Assembly: GCA_041686025.1 (NCBI GenBank)
Contig: JAWLEP010000009.1
Location: forward strand, 1 to 17,870
DNA from: Candidatus Fermentibacteraceae bacterium
GTDB lineage: Bacteria > Fermentibacterota > Fermentibacteria > Fermentibacterales > JCC-6
Direction of reading: 5' to 3'
DNA length: 17,870 nt
Shown: positions 9,601 through 17,424 of the stretch, piece by piece
How positions within the stretch are numbered: position 1 is the stretch's first letter
Layout of the letters: the number at the start of each line of letters is the position of its first letter
Position numbers and translations under genes: made by a program
The notes under the pieces: model-generated
What the model was told of the DNA's origin: nothing
Databases searched by the model: none
The model's input: only the letters and a program-made list of their open reading frames with translations

Positions 9601-10222
9601 CGCGGTTGCGGTTGGCCAGAACCGCCTCCATGTCCATCATCTTCTCCAGCACTTCCTCGTCCAGCAGCTCGATCTTCTGGATCTCGTGGCTGGTGCGGAA
9701 ACCGTCGAAGAAGTGGACGAAGGGCAGACGGCACTTGACTGCGGCCGCGTGCGCTATGGCGGCCATGTCGTGGGCCTCCTGCACCGATGCGCTGGCCAGC
9801 AGGCCGAATCCCGTGTTCCGCACCGCCATGACGTCGCTGTGGTCTCCGAAGATGGAGAGCGCCTGGCAGGCCAGGCTTCTGGCGGAGACGTGGAAGACGC
9901 CGGGGGTGAGCTCCGCGGCGATCTTGTACATGGAGGGAATCATGAGCATCAGGCCCTGCGAGGCGGTGAAGGTGGTGGTCAGGGCTCCCGTCTGGAGCGC
10001 TCCATGGACAGAGGCGGAAGCTCCGCCCTCGCTCTGCATCTCCTGCACCAGCGGGACCGTGCCCCAGATGTTGGTCTGGCCCTTGGCGGACCAGGCGTCG
10101 GCGTGCTCGCCCATGGGGCTGGAGGGCGTGATCGGATAGATGGCCACAACCTCGCTGAGCTTGTGGGCCACCCTCGCAACGGCTTCGTTTCCGTCCAGGG
10201 TCTTCATCGTCTTCTTGCTCAT
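6695..10222 (-). CDS. nifJ: Pyruvate:ferredoxin (flavodoxin) oxidoreductase, single-chain NifJ/PFOR type
   Basis: 1175 aa with YPITPSS, QSEGGA, FTASQGL, GLGSDGTVGANK, ferredoxin motifs CIQCGICSLVCP and CTGCHVCVKYCP, GACAGCGE, TPP-binding GDGWAYDIG and YSNTGGQ. GGAAGG RBS. Confidence 0.98.
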   Translation of the reverse strand: MSKKTMKTLDGNEAVARVAHKLSEVVAIYPITPSSPMGEHADAWSAKGQTNIWGTVPLVQEMQSEGGASASVHGALQTGALTTTFTASQGLMLMIPSMYKIAAELTPGVFHVSARSLACQALSIFGDHSDVMAVRNTGFGLLASASVQEAHDMAAIAHAAAVKCRLPFVHFFDGFRTSHEIQKIELLDEEVLEKMMDMEAVLANRNRGLNPNSPVVRGTSQNPDVYFQGRETVNPYYVSAPAIVQETMDRFAELTGRSYHLFDYVGHPEAERVVVQMTSGCEVAHDTVQMLADGGERVGLVKVRLYRPFDMKAFVEALPGTVKAIAPLDRTKESGSPGEPLYLDVVDALYEHGMKDIKVAGGRYGLSSKEYTPGMVKAVLDNLAQDEPKNHYTVGIEDDVTHTSLDISSDFCLESPGVHQAVFFGLGSDGTVGANKNSIKIIGEETDNYAQGYFQYDSKKAGAVTVSHLRFGPEPIKLTCLVSEADFVGVHQTVFMEKYDILSLYAADGATFLLNTQAGPDEVWDTLPREAQEVIVDRNLDFYVIDAYDVADKADMGVRINTIMQTCFFAISGVLPRDEAIEKIKDSIRKTYGRKGEEIVKKNFRAVDMALDNLHQVDYPKEVTSDFSMPPTVPEEAPEFVQDVTAKIIRREGDSVPVSAMPEDGSFPMGTTKWEKRNVALEIPVWNPDTCIQCGICSLVCPHAAIRMKVYDPTELEGAPEAFKSTDAKTKKFKGKVCTVQVAPEDCTGCHVCVKYCPMKEKEAVKMEPQPPLREQEAENWAFFRDLQDYDRGELGTSLKDTQLMQPLFEFSGACAGCGETGYVKLVTQLFGDRAVIANATGCSSIYGGNLPTTPYCTDDSGRGPAWNNSLFEDAAEFGYGFRLTADKHTEFAAELLKKLAGQVGEELADRLLDNLHQKDEVHIAKQRGLVADLMKKLREIDSPDARQLETVADYLVHRSVWIFGGDGWAYDIGYGGLDHVLAQGRDINALVLDTEVYSNTGGQSSKATPLGAVAKFAMAGKSQPKKDLAMISMTYGNIYVARIAMGADMNQAVKAIAEAESYRGPSIVIAYSHCIAHGFNLLHGLDHQKLAVKSGYWPLIRFDPRRIEQGENPLQLDSKDPSIPLSDYAYTETRFKTLKQSDPERAKMLLDQAQEEVSRRWKLYRQWAEMDYTV

Positions 10223-10326
10223 ACCTTCCCTGCCTTCGCTGCGGTTTCTGTTCCGGCGCGGCGTGCCGTACGCCGGCCCTGCGTTATGCTGTTCTTGTCC
10301 TTCTCTTTCCGCCCGGGGGCGCAGGA

Positions 10327-11709
10327 CTAGATCATCCTCCCCAGGGTCCTGGGGAAGGGGATCACGTCCCTGATGTTCTCGATGCCGCTGTAGTACATGA
10401 GCAGGCGCTCCAGACCCAGGCCGAAGCCCGAGTGGGGAACGCTGCCCCAGCGTCTGAGATCAAAGTACCAGTCGTAGCGGTCCAGGTCAATTCCGAGCTC
10501 CCCGGATCTGGCCGTCAGGACGTCCAGACGCTCCTCCCTCTGGCTGCCTCCGACTATCTCCCCCACCTCGGGCACCAGCAGGTCGGTGCAGGCCACCGTC
10601 GCGCCGTCCTCGCCCAGCCGCATGTAGAAGGGCTTGATGGAGGAGGGGTAGTCGGTGACGAACACCGGCCTTCCGAACAGCTCGCCGGCCAGCCAGCGCT
10701 CGTGCTCGGAGGAGAGCCCGGCCCCCCACTCCGGCGGGGTCTCGAAGTCCACCCCCGAGGACTGCAGCCTGTCTATGGCCTCGGTGTAGGTGATGCGTCC
10801 GAAGCCCTTTTCCATAAGGGCCTCGTAGCGCTTTCTCAGGCCCTTGTGGACGAAGCGGTCGAAGAAGGAGATCTCCTCTTCGCAGCGCTCCATCACGTAC
10901 TCCGCCGTGTACCGGACGAACTCCTCGATCAGGTCGATGTCGTCGGCGAGGTCGAAGAAGGCCATCTCCGGCTCGATCATCCAGAACTCGGCGCAGTGGA
11001 CCCTGGTGTCGGAGGGGTCGGCCCGGAAAGTGGGGCCGAAGGTGTAGACCCGTCCCAGGGCCAGGGCCAGGGGCTCGGCCTCCAGCTGGGCGCTGACGCT
11101 GAGGAAGGCCTGGCGGCGGAAGTAGTCGCCGGCGAAGTCCACCTCCCCTTCCCGCAGCGGGACATTGTCCAGGGGGAGGGTGGTCACCTGGAAGGTCTCT
11201 CCCGCGCCCTCGGCGTCGCTCTGGGTGATCAGGGGCGGGTGGACGTAGAAGAACCCCCTCTCGTCGAAGAAGCGGTGTATGGCCAGGCTCAGGTGGTGGC
11301 GCATCCGGAAGGCGGCTCCGAAGGTGTTGGTGCGCACCCGGAGGTGGGGAATGCCGCGGAGGAACTCCAGGCTGTGGCGCTTCTTCTGAAGCGGGTAGTC
11401 GCCTCCGGCGGGGCCCACCACCTCCATGGACTCGGCCTTTACCTCCACCGACTGCTCCCGGCCCGGCGACCCCACCAGCTCTCCGGATACGGACACTGCC
11501 GCGCCGGTCTCCAGGCCGGCCAGATCGTCCTCGGAGAAGGAGCTCCGGTCGAAGACCACCTGTATGCCCCCCTGGCAGGAGCCGTCGCCTACCTGGGCGA
11601 AGGCCACGTTCTTGCCGGTGCGGGCGGTCTTTATCCAGCCGCGCACCGTGACCTTCCTGCCGGCGTCCTCGCTTCTCAGAATCTCCGCGACGGTCTCTGG
11701 CCGTGGCAT
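10327..11709 (-). CDS. asnS: Asparagine--tRNA ligase (460 aa)
   Basis: Starts MPRPETVAEIL with a GGAGG RBS. N-terminal OB fold (VRGWI), YPLQKKRHSLEFLR, HLRVRTN, DAEGAGETF, FGPTFRAD, EFWMIEPE, GEIVGGSQREER, PHSGFGLGLER and RDVIPFPR. The 893-aa ORF-track call is an artefactual upstream extension. Confidence 0.97.
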   Translation of the reverse strand: MPRPETVAEILRSEDAGRKVTVRGWIKTARTGKNVAFAQVGDGSCQGGIQVVFDRSSFSEDDLAGLETGAAVSVSGELVGSPGREQSVEVKAESMEVVGPAGGDYPLQKKRHSLEFLRGIPHLRVRTNTFGAAFRMRHHLSLAIHRFFDERGFFYVHPPLITQSDAEGAGETFQVTTLPLDNVPLREGEVDFAGDYFRRQAFLSVSAQLEAEPLALALGRVYTFGPTFRADPSDTRVHCAEFWMIEPEMAFFDLADDIDLIEEFVRYTAEYVMERCEEEISFFDRFVHKGLRKRYEALMEKGFGRITYTEAIDRLQSSGVDFETPPEWGAGLSSEHERWLAGELFGRPVFVTDYPSSIKPFYMRLGEDGATVACTDLLVPEVGEIVGGSQREERLDVLTARSGELGIDLDRYDWYFDLRRWGSVPHSGFGLGLERLLMYYSGIENIRDVIPFPRTLGRMI

Positions 11710-11750
11710 CTGGCACCTCCTGTGGCGTAGGGGAATCCGGGAGTGAAAAT

Positions 11751-12722
11751 CTAAGGGCTCCCGGGGCCCGGCGCAAAGACCGCGGGGCGGGAGACCTCTT
11801 CCCTGCTGCGGCCCAGGGCCCTGCCCTGCCAGGTATCCCTCTCCTCGAGAAGCTCCATTATGCAGCCGACGGCCCGCTGCTTGTCGCGCATCCAGTCCGG
11901 CGCCACCAGGAAGTCGGGGGGAGCGTCCCCCACCAGCCGCTGCACGACCGCCTCCGGGGACGTGAGCTCCAGGAACCGGACCGCCATGGAAGCGTACTCC
12001 TTCAGGGATGGGGGACGGACGGCCCCGCTGCGGCATAGGGGCTCCAGAGCGGTGTCGCGAAGAACGTGCAGGTTGTGGAGCTTGACCCCCGCGGCCCCGC
12101 ATTCCCGCAGCAGGGCGGCGGTGGCCTCGACCTCCCCGGGACCCTCCCCGGGCAGGCCCAGGACTACGTGGGCCGAGGCCCGTATGCCCCGCCCGGCCAG
12201 GGCGGCGAAGGCGCCTCTGGCTGCGGCGGAGTCGTGGCCTCGGTTGATGGCCGCGAGGGTGGCGTCGCACGCCGTCTGCACACCCAGCTCCACCTCCAGG
12301 AAGGTCTTCGCCGCCAGACGCTCCAGGAGGTCCAGGACCTCTTCGGGCAGGCAGTCGGGCCTGGTGCCCAGCGACAGGCCCACCACTCCGGGGAAGGCTA
12401 TGGCCTCCAGGCACAGCCGCTCCAGCCTTGCCGGGTCCCCGTAGGTGGCGGTACGGTCCTGGAAGTAGGCCACGAACATCTCCGCGCCGTAGCGCCGTCG
12501 AATGCGGGCGGCGCCCTGCTCCAGCTGCCGGGTGACCGTCATGCCGGGGTCGGTGTCCGGGGGAAGGGCGGCCTCCGGGTTGCAGAAGGCGCAGCCGCCG
12601 CTGGACAGCTCGCCGTCGCGGTTGGGGCAGTGGAAGCCGCCCCGGAGGCCCACCTTGTGGACCCGTCCGCCGAAGACCTGGCGGTAGAAGGCGGAGAGCT
12701 TGCGGTGCCGGGGCAGCGTCAT
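11751..12722 (-). CDS. TIGR01212 / YhcC-family radical SAM protein
   Basis: Expanded Cys motif CPNRDGELSSGGCAFC, plus AYFQ, GLSLGTRPDC, ELGVQT, INRGH, HVVLGLPGE, GVKLHNLHV and the C-terminal TWQG. Confidence 0.93.
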   Translation of the reverse strand: MTLPRHRKLSAFYRQVFGGRVHKVGLRGGFHCPNRDGELSSGGCAFCNPEAALPPDTDPGMTVTRQLEQGAARIRRRYGAEMFVAYFQDRTATYGDPARLERLCLEAIAFPGVVGLSLGTRPDCLPEEVLDLLERLAAKTFLEVELGVQTACDATLAAINRGHDSAAARGAFAALAGRGIRASAHVVLGLPGEGPGEVEATAALLRECGAAGVKLHNLHVLRDTALEPLCRSGAVRPPSLKEYASMAVRFLELTSPEAVVQRLVGDAPPDFLVAPDWMRDKQRAVGCIMELLEERDTWQGRALGRSREEVSRPAVFAPGPGSP

Positions 12723-12772
12723 TAGAATCCAACCCTCTCGCCCGCTGAGGTTTGCAGATTAAGGAGAAACCC

Positions 12773-13570
12773 ATGGACAAGGCGGCCGCGGACCTGTTCC
12801 TGGACCACTTCGGCCTCTCACCCGGCCAGCCGGGACTCACCGCGCTGGGGGAGCTGGCGGGGGCCTTCTCGCGGATTCCCTGGGAGAACCTAACCAAGTA
12901 CCTGGCCCGGGCACAGGACCCGGCCGGCCCGGAGAGGCTGAGGCTGCCCCTGCAGGTCTTCGAGGAGCACGTCTCCTCCGGGGCGGGGGGTACCTGCTTC
13001 TCCCTCACCCGTGCCCTGGCGGAGGTGCTGGGGCGCTGCGGCTACCGATGCGGGCCGGTGATGGCCGACATGTCCCACGGGCCCGACATACACTGCGGGC
13101 TGCTGGTGGAGCTTCACGGCCGGCGGGTCCTGATGGACCCCGGCTACCTGGTGCCCGTTCCGGTGCCGCTGCGCGCGGACCGCCCGGTGGAAACCGCCGC
13201 CGGCGGCCAGGTCTTCCGCTACGTCCCCGACGGCCGCGGCGGATGGGACATGCACACCGTCCGGGGAGGGGATGAGCGGTGGCGCTACCGGCTTAAGACG
13301 GCACCGGTGACGCCGGCGGAGTTCGAGGGCCACTGGAGGAGGTCCTTCCACGCCACCGGGATGAACAGCCTCCATCTCAGCAGGCTCACCGACGCCGGCC
13401 GTCTATACGCCCACAACGGCAACCTCCGCGTACTCAGCGGCGGGACCCGCAGGAACGAGAAGCTGGACGCCGACTACCCGGCAGCCGTGGCGGAGCGTTT
13501 CGGCCTGGACCCGGAGCTGGCCCGCAGGGCCTGGGAGGAGCTGCAGAGGGCGAGGAGGGGATGGAGCTGA
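12773..13570 (+). CDS. Arylamine N-acetyltransferase family protein (265 aa)
   Basis: IPWENL, GGTCF (catalytic Cys), DIHCGL (His) and MDPGY (Asp). AAGGAG RBS upstream of the ATG at 12773. Confidence 0.88.
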   Translation: MDKAAADLFLDHFGLSPGQPGLTALGELAGAFSRIPWENLTKYLARAQDPAGPERLRLPLQVFEEHVSSGAGGTCFSLTRALAEVLGRCGYRCGPVMADMSHGPDIHCGLLVELHGRRVLMDPGYLVPVPVPLRADRPVETAAGGQVFRYVPDGRGGWDMHTVRGGDERWRYRLKTAPVTPAEFEGHWRRSFHATGMNSLHLSRLTDAGRLYAHNGNLRVLSGGTRRNEKLDADYPAAVAERFGLDPELARRAWEELQRARRGWS

Positions 13571-14094
13571 CGGAGGCCCGCCCGGCGGTGCTGATGGTGA
13601 GCGTGCTTTACGGCGCGGAGGACAGGCTGCAGGAGTCGGTGAGGAGGCTGGAGACGGTCTTCGGGCCGGTGGCCCTGCGGTCCGACCCCTACGCCTTCGA
13701 CATGTCCGACTACTACCGGCCGGAGATGGGGGGTGGCCTGCGCCGGGTGTGGCTGGCCTTCGCGCAGCCGGTGCCGCCGGACGGACTGGCTGACTGGAAG
13801 CTCGAGTGCGCCTTCATCGAGGAGGACATGTCGGAGGATGGGAGGCGGACGGCCAACCTGGACCCCGGATACCTGGACTTCGGCAAGCTGGTGCTGGCCT
13901 CATTCAAGGAGGCCCCGGACAAGGTCTACATGGGCCGCGGCGTCTGGGCCCACACCTGCCTCCGCTACGGGCACGGCCGGTTCACCGCCCCCGACCACAG
14001 CTTCCCCGACTTCCGCGACGGCCGCTTCGACGCCTTCATGCGCCGCGCCCGCCGCCTCCTCCGATCATCCCGATCAGTGTCAGACGTTAACTAG
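13561..14094 (+). CDS. DUF4416 family protein
   Basis: SDYYRPEMG, RTANLDPGYL, LVLASFK, VYMGRGVWA and FPDFR match this family as I recall it. It overlaps the NAT gene by 10 nt (GGAGG RBS). The last codons and stop come from the left arm of the inverted-repeat element. Confidence 0.82.
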   Translation: MELTEARPAVLMVSVLYGAEDRLQESVRRLETVFGPVALRSDPYAFDMSDYYRPEMGGGLRRVWLAFAQPVPPDGLADWKLECAFIEEDMSEDGRRTANLDPGYLDFGKLVLASFKEAPDKVYMGRGVWAHTCLRYGHGRFTAPDHSFPDFRDGRFDAFMRRARRLLRSSRSVSDVN

Positions 14095-14197
14095 TTAACC
14101 TATTGCGAGAGCCTGTCTCAGTATATAATAAACTCATGTGCATATACCGTATATTCGCCCGATATCGAAAAGGTTAACTAGTTAACGTCTGACACTG
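14075..14197. mobile_element. 123-bp non-autonomous inverted-repeat element (REPIN/MITE-like)
   Basis: Perfect 27-bp inverted repeats CAGTGTCAGACGTTAACTAGTTAACCT (14075-14101) and AGGTTAACTAGTTAACGTCTGACACTG (14171-14197) surround a 69-bp AT-rich core in otherwise GC-rich DNA. No transposase or target-site duplication is visible. The repeat is certain; mobility is inferred. Confidence 0.7.
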
Positions 14198-14199
14198 CT

Positions 14200-15363
14200 C
14201 TAGAGGCGGATGGAGGAGAGGGCCTCCATGGCCGGTTCCAGCTGGTGGTCGGAGAGGCAGCCGAAGCTGATGCGCACATGTCCTTCGCCGGCGGGGCCGA
14301 AGGCGGCTCCGGGAATGGTGGCTATGCCCCAGCGGTCCAGCAGCTGCAGGCAGACCTCCTTCGAAGGGGCTCCGGAGTCTACGGCGGCCAGTGTGAAGAA
14401 GCCGCCGCCTGCCCGCCTCCAGCTGAGTCCCGAGCAGGCGTCCACCGCCTTGCGGCAGAGCTCGCGCCTGTGCAGGACGCCCCTGGCGCGCTCCTCCACC
14501 CAGCCCTCCAGCTGCAGGGCCCTCTCCAGCAGCAGCTGCGCCGGTGTGGGCGGACAGATCACCACGGAGTCCTGGACCTTCAGGGCCTGCTCCATCAGGC
14601 CCGCCTCCCCGAACATGTAGCCCAGACGCCAGCCGGCCATTCCGAAGCTCTTGGAGAAGCTGCCGAAGGTGATCACGTGGGAGGGTCTGCCCCCGCCCCA
14701 GGGGTGCCACGGGGAGCCGTCGAAGTTGAACCTCTCGTAGGTCTCGTCGATTATCAGATGGCAGCCGTACTCTCCCGTTGCCTGCGTCAGCCAGCGCAGC
14801 TGCCTCTCGTCGAGGACGCAGCCGGTGGGGTTGCCGGGGTTGACCAGCACCAGCGCCGAGGCTTCGGGTATGGCCTCCGCCAGCGCCTCCTCCGGAAGCT
14901 CCCAGCCCCCGGTCTCCCTCATGGGGATGGAGACGGTCTCCAGCGCTCCGAAACGAATGGCGAAGACGTGATCGAAGTAGTAGGGCTCCAGGGCGATCAC
15001 CCGGTCTCCGGGGTCGGTGCAGGCCATCAGGGCCCCCAGAAAGGCCTGGCTGGCCCCGCAGGTGAGGTGCAGCTCCCCCATGGGGTCGAGGTCGATGCCT
15101 CTCCTGCACAGGAAGTCCTCCGCCAGGGCTTTCCTCGGTCCTGCCAGTCCGGGGTCCGGCCCGTAGCCGCTGGTGGAGACCTCGAAGAGCCTGTCGGCCA
15201 GTGCCTGCAGCGCCTCCCGGGGAGGAGCGTACCAGGGCACGGCCTGGGCCATGGGGTAGACGGTGGCCCCTTCGGCCCCCAGTGAGCGGACCCTGTCCAT
15301 TATCTCCGCTATGGGGGGCATGTCTATCCGCTTCATCCTGTCCGACGGAACCGCCCTCTTCAT
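14200..15363 (-). CDS. PLP-dependent aminotransferase, class I/II (aspartate/aromatic aminotransferase-like)
   Basis: YGPDPG, TCGASQA, PYYFDH, NPGNPTG, DETYE, SFSKSFGMAGWRLG (PLP Lys), IPGAAFG and VRISFG. AGGAGG RBS. Confidence 0.95.
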   Translation of the reverse strand: MKRAVPSDRMKRIDMPPIAEIMDRVRSLGAEGATVYPMAQAVPWYAPPREALQALADRLFEVSTSGYGPDPGLAGPRKALAEDFLCRRGIDLDPMGELHLTCGASQAFLGALMACTDPGDRVIALEPYYFDHVFAIRFGALETVSIPMRETGGWELPEEALAEAIPEASALVLVNPGNPTGCVLDERQLRWLTQATGEYGCHLIIDETYERFNFDGSPWHPWGGGRPSHVITFGSFSKSFGMAGWRLGYMFGEAGLMEQALKVQDSVVICPPTPAQLLLERALQLEGWVEERARGVLHRRELCRKAVDACSGLSWRRAGGGFFTLAAVDSGAPSKEVCLQLLDRWGIATIPGAAFGPAGEGHVRISFGCLSDHQLEPAMEALSSIRL

Positions 15364-15556
15364 TCGTCTCCTCCTGCATTATCTTAACGTCTCGAGCCCG
15401 GCGGCCTCTAACAGGTCGGCGCCCGGCGGCCGCGTCAACCCGCGCGGCTCGACGGGAGGGGATGGAACAGCACGGCCGGCCGCGGGTATCACAGGTGAGC
15501 GATTGGCCGGAGCGGAGGATCGGGCCCGGTGGCCCGGGAGGAGAGGGACCATACAG

Positions 15557-16408
15557 GTGAAGACTTACAGTGTGACGGCGGTGCTGATGCTGGTGCTGGC
15601 CCCGGCGGTGGCGGCCCAGATGGAGGAGGACTCCGCCTGCGGGGGATGGCCCCCCTACGAGCCCAGGTACGTGGAGAACGAGGCCTTCGGAGCGGGGGAG
15701 AGGCTGGTCTTCAGCGTGGAGTACGGCATAGTCAGGGCCGGCACGGCCACCATGGAGGTCACCGGCCCCGAGGAGTACCGGGGACACTCCGCCTACAGGG
15801 TAACGGCCACCGCCCGTTCCAGCAGCGCCTTCAGCTCGTTCTTCCGGGTGGAGGACGTCAACGAGGCGCTTCTGGACATATACCAGCTTCACACGCTGTG
15901 GTTCGCCAAGGACCTCAACGAGGGCGACTACAGCCACAGCGAAGAGGTGATCTTCCGTCAGGAGGAGGGCTACGCCCACTACCCCGACGAGACCGACAGC
16001 TCCCTGGTGTACTCGGAGATACCGCCCCATGCCCTGGACGTGCTCAGCTCGCTCTACTACGCGCGCACGCTGCCGCTGGAGGTGGGCGAGACCTACGAGA
16101 TCGACACCCATGCCGACAACGACAACTACCCGCTCCTGGTGAAGGTGCTGGAGCGGGAGACGATCCGGGTCCCCGCCGGCGAGTTCCAGTGCATCAAGGT
16201 CCAGCCGGTGCTGCGGTCGGAGGCCATCTTCGACCAGGAGGGCGAGCTCTTCGTCTGGCTCACCGACGACCAGCGGCACATGCCGGTCCTCATGCGCAGC
16301 GCCATAGTCATCGGGGAGATCGCCTGCCTGCTGCGGGAGTACTCCCCGGGAGAGCCCCTGGAGCTTGAGAATCCCTTCGCGCCGGAGGAAGAGCCGGTTG
16401 GGCAGTAG
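15557..16408 (+). CDS. Secreted DUF3108-like protein (283 aa)
   Basis: GTG start with GAGAGGGA upstream and a Sec signal peptide (MKTYSVTAVLMLVLAPAVAA). Motifs GERLVFSVEYG..RAGTATM, DVLSSLYYAR, ETIRVPAGEFQCIKVQP and WLTDDQRHMPV. The ORF-track start at 15263 overlaps the aminotransferase. Confidence 0.8.
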   Translation: MKTYSVTAVLMLVLAPAVAAQMEEDSACGGWPPYEPRYVENEAFGAGERLVFSVEYGIVRAGTATMEVTGPEEYRGHSAYRVTATARSSSAFSSFFRVEDVNEALLDIYQLHTLWFAKDLNEGDYSHSEEVIFRQEEGYAHYPDETDSSLVYSEIPPHALDVLSSLYYARTLPLEVGETYEIDTHADNDNYPLLVKVLERETIRVPAGEFQCIKVQPVLRSEAIFDQEGELFVWLTDDQRHMPVLMRSAIVIGEIACLLREYSPGEPLELENPFAPEEEPVGQ

Positions 16409-17303
16409 CGGTAACCGCTCCGCCCCCGGGAGCCTGGAGGAGGCCCTGGAGGCGCTGGATGCCGCGGGGATGGACCCCGTGAAGCTGAGGGACCTTCCCT
16501 ACGGTTTGCAGCTTCGCCTGCACCGCGACGGCGCCTCCTGCCGGGTGAACCTCTACCATTCGGCCAAGAAGGGTGTAAGCCTGGTGAGCGTCGGGGGCAG
16601 CCCCGGTCTGGTGGAGTCCGCCCGGGAGGCGGTATCCGAGCCGCTTCCGGAGGGAGCCTGGATCGGGTCCGACGAGGCGGGCAAGGGCGACTTCCTGGGA
16701 GGTCTGACGGTCTGCGCCCTTTGCTGCCGCAGGGGCCAGGAGCGAATCCTGCGCCGTCTGGGGGCCAGGGACTCCAAGGGAATGTCCCGGGAGGCGGTGA
16801 GGAGGGTGGCCCTGGACGTGAGGGAATCGGGCCTGTTTCCGTACCGTCTGGAAGTCGCCGAGCCCCGGGAGTACAACGCCAGGATGGTGGAGTGGAAGGC
16901 ACGGGGGGGAAACAGCCACGACCTTCTCGCCTCCATGCACGCCAGGGCCATCAACTCGCTGCTCGGTGAGGGATGCCCGGCCCGGGAGCTGGTGGTGGAC
17001 CGCTTCTGCAGGCCGTCCCGGCTTCGAAGGCACCTGGCCGATGACGCGCCGCCTCTCACGATGCTGGTCCGCGGCGAGCGCAACCCGGCGGTGGCCGCCG
17101 CCTCCATCATCGCCCGGCAGGCCTACATGGACGGGCTGGCCAACCTCTCGAAGGAGCTGGCGGTGGATCTGCCCCCCGGATCCGGGGCCGCAGCCGACCG
17201 GGCGGCGGAGCGCCTGGTGGCCGTCCACGGCACGGAGGTGCTGGCCTCTGCGGCCAAGCTGCATTTCAGGAATGCCCGGAGCCTGACGGGCGACCCCTCC
17301 TAA
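16398..17303 (+). CDS. rnhC: Ribonuclease HIII
   Basis: IGSDEAGKGDFLG, RDSK, VVDRF, RGE (Glu as 4th acidic residue, HIII-type), VAAASIIAR and AKLHF, plus an N-terminal extension domain. Probable TTG start at 16398 (GGAGG at 16384-16388); the ORF-track start is 16365. Confidence 0.88.
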   Translation: MGSSGNRSAPGSLEEALEALDAAGMDPVKLRDLPYGLQLRLHRDGASCRVNLYHSAKKGVSLVSVGGSPGLVESAREAVSEPLPEGAWIGSDEAGKGDFLGGLTVCALCCRRGQERILRRLGARDSKGMSREAVRRVALDVRESGLFPYRLEVAEPREYNARMVEWKARGGNSHDLLASMHARAINSLLGEGCPARELVVDRFCRPSRLRRHLADDAPPLTMLVRGERNPAVAAASIIARQAYMDGLANLSKELAVDLPPGSGAAADRAAERLVAVHGTEVLASAAKLHFRNARSLTGDPS

Positions 17304-17312
17304 CCTCCTCTC

Positions 17313-17341
17313 TTGACAGCACACAGCCGATTTTCGATAAT
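17313..17341 (+). promoter_or_regulatory. Sigma70-type promoter for the acidic lipoprotein gene
   Basis: TTGACA (17313-17318), exactly 17 bp spacer, GATAAT (17336-17341). Confidence 0.8.
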
Positions 17342-17424
17342 GTTCACTCGATGCAGGGGTTGATTCGAGTTAGACAGTAATGTATGGACGTAAACCGTAC
17401 TTCACGGACGGAAAGGGGTACACT

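Noticed and set aside
10253..10276. GC hairpin between asnS and PFOR as a terminator
   Set aside because: The stem is imperfect and there is no U-tract on the minus strand, so a function cannot be supported.
6686..10330. 1214-aa plus-strand ORF
   Set aside because: It is an antisense shadow of PFOR caused by high GC3 codon bias, and has no recognisable domains.
11710..13008. N-terminal extension making AsnRS 893 aa
   Set aside because: It overlaps the radical SAM and NAT genes with low-complexity Arg/Gly/Pro text. The true start at 11709 has a GGAGG RBS.
14085..14099. Resemblance of GTTAACTAGTTAAC to the TrpR operator or a synthetic stop linker
   Set aside because: It lies between convergent gene ends with no trp genes, is embedded in longer 27-bp IRs, and no vector sequence is present.
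14174..16279. 701-aa minus-strand ORF and other long overlapping ORFs
   Set aside because: These are alternative-frame or antisense shadows of the aminotransferase and DUF3108 genes.
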